20,733 nucleotides of DNA from assembly GCA_002697535.1 (NCBI GenBank), contig NZWE01000016.1:56440-77172 (forward strand), written 5' to 3'. The DNA is from Actinomycetota bacterium (GTDB lineage: Bacteria; Margulisbacteria; Marinamargulisbacteria; GCA-2716485; GCA-002719695). Below the pieces are notes generated by a model that did no database searches, was not told the origin of the DNA, and worked only from the letters and a program-made list of their open reading frames with translations. A program made the position numbers and the translations under genes. Every line of letters starts with the position of its first letter. The stretch's first letter is position 1. Positions 15,704 to 20,733 of the stretch are shown one piece after another.

Positions 15704-16836
15704 GATCGTTTCTTTAAAAAAGCCAATAAATGAATAAAAAAATGAAAACCCATTCCTAAAGCAATAATTAAACTAGAAACATAAGGAAAATACCAACTCT
15801 TATTATAAACAACTTGCAACACAGAAGAGGGTACATCTTGCCCAAAACTAGCCTGATAAAAGGTATAATAACCATATCGTAATGGATGATTCATATAAAT
15901 AAGAACATCTCTTACCGCACTCCCATCATAAGGATTAATAGAAACTAAACTAGAATAGTTTTTAGGAATATCAGAACCAGGATAAACATCATGTGTAAAA
16001 GACTTCAAAGTTAATTTAAATGGAAAATATAAACGCTTTGGACGAATTTGAAGATAATACGTTTTCTGATCAAAGACAAATTTTTGAGTACCATTAATAT
16101 CTAAAGATAACAACATTGTTTCAGACTGAACATCATCTTGAGAAAATGATAGCAATGCAGTTGGATTATTTTTTTTATCATCAACAGTAAAAACAGGAAC
16201 CTTTTTAACCAACAATGATTTCCCTATTCCTATATCAGCAACCCCCTTACGAGAATCAGCAAGCGATAATTGTGCATTATCAAAAAATTGATGCACCTTA
16301 ATATTAAAGGGTATTTCAGCTGATTTAATAACTGATTGACGTTTTAAGGTATCAATAGGAATTGTAACAATATAATCATAACGAGAAAAAGATGGATCAA
16401 TAATAACTAATTCGGTTTCATATAAATCTTCCGAATAAAAAGCAGTGTCATCTTCTTCCATATAAACCTGGCTTTCAACAACAACACAAGAAGATAAACC
16501 ACCACCAAGCAATAAAATAATAAATCCGATATGAATTAAAATTAAACCCACATTTTTAAACGTAAACTTAATTTTTAATAAGGTACTTAAGGTTAAATTA
16601 AGAACTAAAACTGAACCAATTAATGCCCCTCCAGGAAAAACCGGCAACTGAAACCCTTTAAACGGAACAGTAATAAATAAAGAATGAAAATATTCTTTTT
16701 GAACATAATAAATACCATGATCAATTTGCATAAAGGTACCAACAAGAACAATAATAAACAAACCTGAAAAAGCATATAACGCTAACTGAATAGATGATAA
16801 AAAAGATAAAAATTTATTAAGAGGATTCATAAGCAA
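15700..16836 (-). CDS. ccsB: System II cytochrome c biogenesis protein CcsB/ResB-like
   Basis: N-terminal FLSSIQLALYAFSGLFIIVLVGTF...G type ResB start, a large periplasmic loop between TM helices, a C-terminal TM, and translational coupling to ccsA. At 378 aa it is shorter than many ResB proteins. Confidence 0.78.
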   Translation of the reverse strand: MLMNPLNKFLSFLSSIQLALYAFSGLFIIVLVGTFMQIDHGIYYVQKEYFHSLFITVPFKGFQLPVFPGGALIGSVLVLNLTLSTLLKIKFTFKNVGLILIHIGFIILLLGGGLSSCVVVESQVYMEEDDTAFYSEDLYETELVIIDPSFSRYDYIVTIPIDTLKRQSVIKSAEIPFNIKVHQFFDNAQLSLADSRKGVADIGIGKSLLVKKVPVFTVDDKKNNPTALLSFSQDDVQSETMLLSLDINGTQKFVFDQKTYYLQIRPKRLYFPFKLTLKSFTHDVYPGSDIPKNYSSLVSINPYDGSAVRDVLIYMNHPLRYGYYTFYQASFGQDVPSSVLQVVYNKSWYFPYVSSLIIALGMGFHFFIHLLAFLKKRS

Positions 16837-17380
16837 TAGATTTTAAAATTGTAATAAACGATTCACGATTTAACTGAAGTAAAGTCTTAGAACTAGTTAA
16901 CTTGAAAAAATAAGATTCATTGTCATACATAAAGAACCCAACATACATAGACTCTATATCATCAGAAGATAGCATCTTATTAGTACGATGTAACTCTAAA
17001 AAAGTAATTGATAAAAAAGGATGTTCAACACGAACAAATAGAGAAGCTAAATCATCAACGCTTATAGAAGATAACCCTAATTGACCTCGCCAACGATTAA
17101 CATTTGCCAATATACCACCCGCATCTCCCGGAAATTTAACAACAGAAAAATCACCTATACCATTAGATTGAGTAGATACTTGATAGCTAGACAAACGAAA
17201 TGAAGTTAAATCTTGTTCAATCCAAGCTTCAGGAACAGACCAAACAAGCATTTTATAACTGCCTTGAACTGACAATTGAGCAACAGTAACTGTTTGCTTA
17301 GGAACCTTATACGTCATAATCCCAGACTTCTCACAAGAAAGCAAAAAAACAACTAATAATAAGGCAATACATTTAATCAT
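16817..17380 (-). CDS. Lipoprotein of unknown function, first gene of the ccsBA operon
   Basis: MIKCIALLLVVFLLSC gives a signal peptide with an LLSC lipobox. The mature protein has no further Cys. It contains GGILANVNRWRGQLGL. Its 3' end overlaps the ccsB start by 20 nt. Confidence 0.7.
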   Translation of the reverse strand: MIKCIALLLVVFLLSCEKSGIMTYKVPKQTVTVAQLSVQGSYKMLVWSVPEAWIEQDLTSFRLSSYQVSTQSNGIGDFSVVKFPGDAGGILANVNRWRGQLGLSSISVDDLASLFVRVEHPFLSITFLELHRTNKMLSSDDIESMYVGFFMYDNESYFFKLTSSKTLLQLNRESFITILKSIAYESS

Positions 17381-17386
17381 GCATTG

Positions 17387-17415
17387 ATTATGAAGAATAG
17401 AACGTGAAAAATCAA
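17387..17415 (-). promoter_or_regulatory. Candidate sigma70-type promoter TTGATT-17 nt-CATAAT, only 6 nt upstream of the lipoprotein ATG (possible leaderless transcript)
   Basis: On the minus strand: ttgatt (17415-17410), a 17-nt spacer, cataat (17392-17387), caatgc, then ATG (17380-17378). No SD is present. Confidence 0.35.
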
Positions 17416-17457
17416 TAAAACAGGATTAAAAATTAGTTTAAAAAAAAATTACAAAAT

Positions 17458-17775
17458 TTAAGCTTCCATAAATTCTGCAATAACACATTCCAAAGAAGCA
17501 TCAATTTTTTCTTTGGAAACAGCATGCTTAATATCTCGCTTATAAGAAGGAACACACTCAGGAAACCAAAATTCTATATCATCAGACAAAATAGCAGTAC
17601 GTTGAAATAACAAACTTTGCGTTAAGGATTTAAAAACATCAATACGATCATCAAACGACAATGAATTATTAGACGAACAAGATAAATCTAAATGAGCAAT
17701 ATCTTCTTGCAAAGAAGCATGTTCATTAGATAACAACGTATCAATATAAGACGAATTTAATCGTTCAATCACCAT
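17458..17775 (-). CDS. Hypothetical small acidic protein (105 aa)
   Basis: Strong SD (AAAGGAGAAA, 7 nt upstream of the ATG). No signal peptide and rich in Asp/Glu. No family recognised. Confidence 0.55.
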   Translation of the reverse strand: MVIERLNSSYIDTLLSNEHASLQEDIAHLDLSCSSNNSLSFDDRIDVFKSLTQSLLFQRTAILSDDIEFWFPECVPSYKRDIKHAVSKEKIDASLECVIAEFMEA

Positions 17776-17882
17776 AATAGTTTCTCCTTTTTATTAATTA
17801 GTAACTATTGATTTACTACCACAAAATACAAACCATTAAACATAACGAAAATAAAATAGAATTATGGTAAAATCAAAGACAC

Positions 17883-18857
17883 ATGACAAAACATAAAAAT
17901 ACAAATTCAAACTCTGAAGTCATACTTGTTCCAGTACCATGGAACCCAACAACATTATTCTCATCAACCAGTCATATAAGTACAAACAAACTCATAGAAC
18001 TCCTGACGGATAGCCTAATAACAGACAAAGATATCCCTGAATTTTCAATAAATAATATTGGTATAGAAAATCAAAATGAAAATATTATAAAACAAAATGA
18101 AAAAGCAAAAAAAAATTTTAAAATACTAACTGAAAAAGTAAGCAATGAAGAAGTAATACCAAAAAAAGAAATAAAAGAATTTAATACAACTTTAAATGAA
18201 GTTAACCAAATCATTTATAATCAAGTAGAAAACCAGATAAAAAAAGATAAAGTAATTGGCGTAATCGGCGGTGATAGTACGGCATCTTATCCAATTATTA
18301 ATGCCTTAATAGACTATGTACCAACGTTTTCTATCCTAAGTATTAATAGCGAACTAAACTTAGATAAATCACTACCTGAAATAAATTTTTCAACCCATTC
18401 CGTCATGACTGAAATACTAAATCAACATAATGATATTAAACGTTTAGTACAAATTGGAATACAACATTATACACAAGAAGAATTAGAAATAATAAACAAA
18501 GAAAAAGGGCGAATTAAAGCTCTGTTTCAAGATGATATAAAAAAAGATTACTTTCTTGGTAAAACATGGGATTCATACTGCAAAAAAATTATAAATAACC
18601 TAACAGATACCGTTTATATTAGTATTCATGCCAATAGCTTATTACCTCATTACAGTAGCACCACAAATTCCTATGCTGAACCAAGTTTTGACTATAGCCA
18701 AATTAATTATCTAATTAAACAAATTTGCAAAGCTAAAAAAACTATTATTGGATTTGATGTTATTGGCATTGAAGATACAGACTATATGCTAGATTATCAA
18801 ACAATGGTTAATCTAATATATTTACTAGCATCACATACCTGGAAAACACATCAATAA
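17883..18857 (+). CDS. Arginase/agmatinase/formiminoglutamase-fold protein with all canonical Mn-ligand positions substituted (probable pseudoenzyme or re-tooled enzyme)
   Basis: Fold-typical blocks are VIGVIGGDSTASYPIINAL, FSILSINSELNLD, RLVQIGIQHY, VYISIHANSLLP...AEPSFDY and IIGFDVIGIED. The ligand positions read S, N, E, N, H, N instead of H, D, H, D, D, D. Confidence 0.65.
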   Translation: MTKHKNTNSNSEVILVPVPWNPTTLFSSTSHISTNKLIELLTDSLITDKDIPEFSINNIGIENQNENIIKQNEKAKKNFKILTEKVSNEEVIPKKEIKEFNTTLNEVNQIIYNQVENQIKKDKVIGVIGGDSTASYPIINALIDYVPTFSILSINSELNLDKSLPEINFSTHSVMTEILNQHNDIKRLVQIGIQHYTQEELEIINKEKGRIKALFQDDIKKDYFLGKTWDSYCKKIINNLTDTVYISIHANSLLPHYSSTTNSYAEPSFDYSQINYLIKQICKAKKTIIGFDVIGIEDTDYMLDYQTMVNLIYLLASHTWKTHQ

Positions 18858-18858
18858 C

Positions 18859-19677
18859 ATGCCAAATATAGAAATCAAAAAACGTGTCAAAGCAACATCA
18901 TTTAGAAAATTTGCAATAGGAGCTTGGAAAAAACCAAGTGATCCAAAAGTATATACAAAAATAAAAATAGATATTACCCATCTAAAAAAAATATTAGATG
19001 AAAAAGAAGAAACAATATCATTGGTACATTTCTTTGCCAAAGCCATGGGAATAATCTATGAAAAGTATCCAGAACTAAACACCGTATTAATTGGAAATAA
19101 ATGCTATCAACGAAAAAATATCACAGCATTTATCCATACACATATTCGAAAAGAAAAACACTATGATCTTAGTGGAATTACCATCGAACATACCCATCAA
19201 AAATCACTTAAGAAAATTTCAACTGAAATCAAAAAAAAAGTTAACGAACTAAGAAATAATCAAAATAAAGCAATTAATCGAACCAATACTATTTTAAAAT
19301 ACTGTCCCAGCTGGTCATACCAATTATTAGTATCCTTATTTGATTTTATTATGAACCGCTTAAACATCAATTTATCATGGGCAGGGTTACCAAAAGATCC
19401 CTTTGGAAGTTATGGTATATCTGCAATTGGCAGCTTAGGATTTGAAGAAGGCTTTGTCCCTTTATTTCCATTATCACGATTAACAATGATCCTTGCTGTA
19501 GGAAAACCATTTAAAGAATGGACATTTGAAACAGAAAAACCAAAGAAACATCTTATGATTAATCTATGTTTTACACTTGATCATCGTTATTTAGATGGGG
19601 CACATGTAGCAAAACCATTGCGTCTACTGAAAAAAATCGCATTAAACCCTAGTAAATACGGCATTACATTTGATTAG
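18859..19677 (+). CDS. Stand-alone 2-oxoacid dehydrogenase E2-type (CAT-like) acyltransferase catalytic domain
   Basis: The catalytic motif LDHRYLDGAHVAKPL (DHRxxDG) is at nt 19579-19599. Also GISAIGSLG and N-terminal FRKFAI...VHFFAKAMGIIYEKYPELN. There is no lipoyl or peripheral-subunit-binding domain. The ATG is 1 nt after the upstream TAA. Confidence 0.75.
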   Translation: MPNIEIKKRVKATSFRKFAIGAWKKPSDPKVYTKIKIDITHLKKILDEKEETISLVHFFAKAMGIIYEKYPELNTVLIGNKCYQRKNITAFIHTHIRKEKHYDLSGITIEHTHQKSLKKISTEIKKKVNELRNNQNKAINRTNTILKYCPSWSYQLLVSLFDFIMNRLNINLSWAGLPKDPFGSYGISAIGSLGFEEGFVPLFPLSRLTMILAVGKPFKEWTFETEKPKKHLMINLCFTLDHRYLDGAHVAKPLRLLKKIALNPSKYGITFD

Positions 19678-19692
19678 CAAAAAAATAAAAAA

Positions 19693-20439
19693 TTAAAACT
19701 GAAAAGAAATAAACTGTTTAATAGCCATATCATACGAAGATAAAGAATCTTCAACCACTGAATCGTAATCAAAATCAAAAATTAATGAATATTTAAGATG
19801 ATTTGTAAGCTTAAAAACAAATCTATTTTCCAATAAAATCCGATAATCATTAAAAGAAACAATATCAGGCTGATAATAAAAAATAGTATATAAATTCAAA
19901 GAATTAGTAATAGGAATATAAAATTGTTGAAAATGAGTTAACCGTATTAATTGAGATGTTTCTAAAGTAGATAATTCTTCTAATTCATACATTAATCCCA
20001 TATTAATACTATGAGAAAAAATTGTGGAATTAATACCATTACGACCAATAGACCCTCCTAATAAAAAACGATGTTTTAGCATCTTAAAAATATTAGACTG
20101 TTCCTGCAAAAAAAGATCATAACGAAAGGTGTCGGAAACATAACGAATAAAACGCAAATGATAAAAGGATTTATCCTGAATGGTGATATCTTTTTTCTTG
20201 GCATAATGCATCGTAGTAATTAAAAAAAGTTGCGTATATTGATCAGAAGAAAAAACATAATTAAGACGATAATCAGGTTTAAATGATAGATAATCATTAT
20301 TACCATCTAAAACATCTAAATTAAATGATAACTGTTGATTTAAACCTAAATCGGACTGCTTATTAAACGAATCAATATGAACAACAGCAAAAATGCTGTT
20401 AAACAAGAGAACATAAAAAATTAGAATATACTTAATCAT
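19693..20439 (-). CDS. Outer-membrane beta-barrel protein, DUF481 (YdiY)-like
   Basis: Signal peptide MIKYILIFYVLLFNSIFA. Alternating-strand pattern, with LDGNNDYLS, FLLGGSIG and C-terminal FDFDYDS...ISFQF, matching my recollection of the DUF481 layout. Confidence 0.55.
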   Translation of the reverse strand: MIKYILIFYVLLFNSIFAVVHIDSFNKQSDLGLNQQLSFNLDVLDGNNDYLSFKPDYRLNYVFSSDQYTQLFLITTMHYAKKKDITIQDKSFYHLRFIRYVSDTFRYDLFLQEQSNIFKMLKHRFLLGGSIGRNGINSTIFSHSINMGLMYELEELSTLETSQLIRLTHFQQFYIPITNSLNLYTIFYYQPDIVSFNDYRILLENRFVFKLTNHLKYSLIFDFDYDSVVEDSLSSYDMAIKQFISFQF

Positions 20440-20733
20440 AATCTGTAAATAAGTTAGTATATTTAAAGCAATATTGAAAGTCTTTTACAACTTTATCATT
20501 AGAAACAATTTTATAATTACTTTGTTCAGCATCTTCCATAAAAACAGGGGATGGCAAAGCATGCTTTTGAGTATGAAAAGAATACAATTCTTCTTTAGTA
20601 GGGTGATGATTAGCAACACAATTAATAATTGTATTTTTGATACCTTGATTAATGACAGTATTAGTAATACCAACCACATCATCAACATGAATTAAATTAA
20701 CATAAGCATCTTTATTAGCAACCTGTTTACCCG
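20432..20733 (-). CDS. SDR/NAD-dependent epimerase-family protein, C-terminal part (5' end beyond the window)
   Basis: The frame stays open upstream of the listed GTG to the window edge (...GKQVANKDAYVNLIHVDDVVGITNTV...). LIHVDDV is the typical epimerase motif. The stop overlaps the DUF481 gene start by 8 nt (ATGATTAA). Confidence 0.7.
   Translation of the reverse strand, partial: GKQVANKDAYVNLIHVDDVVGITNTVINQGIKNTIINCVANHHPTKEELYSFHTQKHALPSPVFMEDAEQSNYKIVSNDKVVKDFQYCFKYTNLFTDYD

Noticed and set aside
18831-20695. ORFs 18831-19046(-), 20474-20695(+), 20485-20688(-)
   Set aside because: They overlap the E2-domain gene and the SDR gene in other frames or on the other strand, and have low-complexity composition.
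1-20733. Whether the window is a mobile, defence or accessory island
   Set aside because: I saw no integrase, transposase, phage, toxin-antitoxin, restriction or known defence-domain signatures. There are no flanking tRNA genes or direct repeats and no CRISPR-like periodic repeats. The content is mostly housekeeping with uniform AT-rich composition.

Overview
AT-rich (roughly 30% GC by eye), tightly packed chromosomal segment from a diderm (Gram-negative-type) bacterium. The diderm call rests on lipoboxes, outer-membrane barrels ending in Phe, and periplasmic systems. I cannot assign the lineage from sequence alone. Most genes are recognisable housekeeping genes. On the + strand: a YfcH-like epimerase (5' partial), heme A synthase ctaA, a SEC-C-type methionine aminopeptidase map, bimodular queF, an HU-like protein, pstC-pstA-pstB-phoU followed by a YacP/Rae1-type NYN protein, and metY. 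On the - strand: a zinc-ribbon NUDIX hydrolase, a System II cytochrome c maturation operon (lipoprotein-ccsB/resB-ccsA), a DUF481-like outer-membrane protein and a second SDR/epimerase (5' partial). I found no tRNA or rRNA genes, CRISPR array, IS element, integrase, phage genes or recognisable defence genes, so this does not look like a mobile island. Four things are not explained by standard annotation. (1) An arginase-fold protein with every Mn-ligand position substituted is separated by 1 nt from a stand-alone E2-type acyltransferase catalytic domain. (2) A 792-aa secreted PDZ protein has 13 copies of a ~26-27-aa G-x-D-x-Y repeat, predicted to form a beta-solenoid. (3) A Cys-cluster lipoprotein precedes a Met/His-rich outer-membrane barrel, possibly a metal-handling pair. 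(4) An uncharacterised lipoprotein without CxxC is the first gene of the System II operon. All homology calls were made by eye from motifs, and no database search was run.
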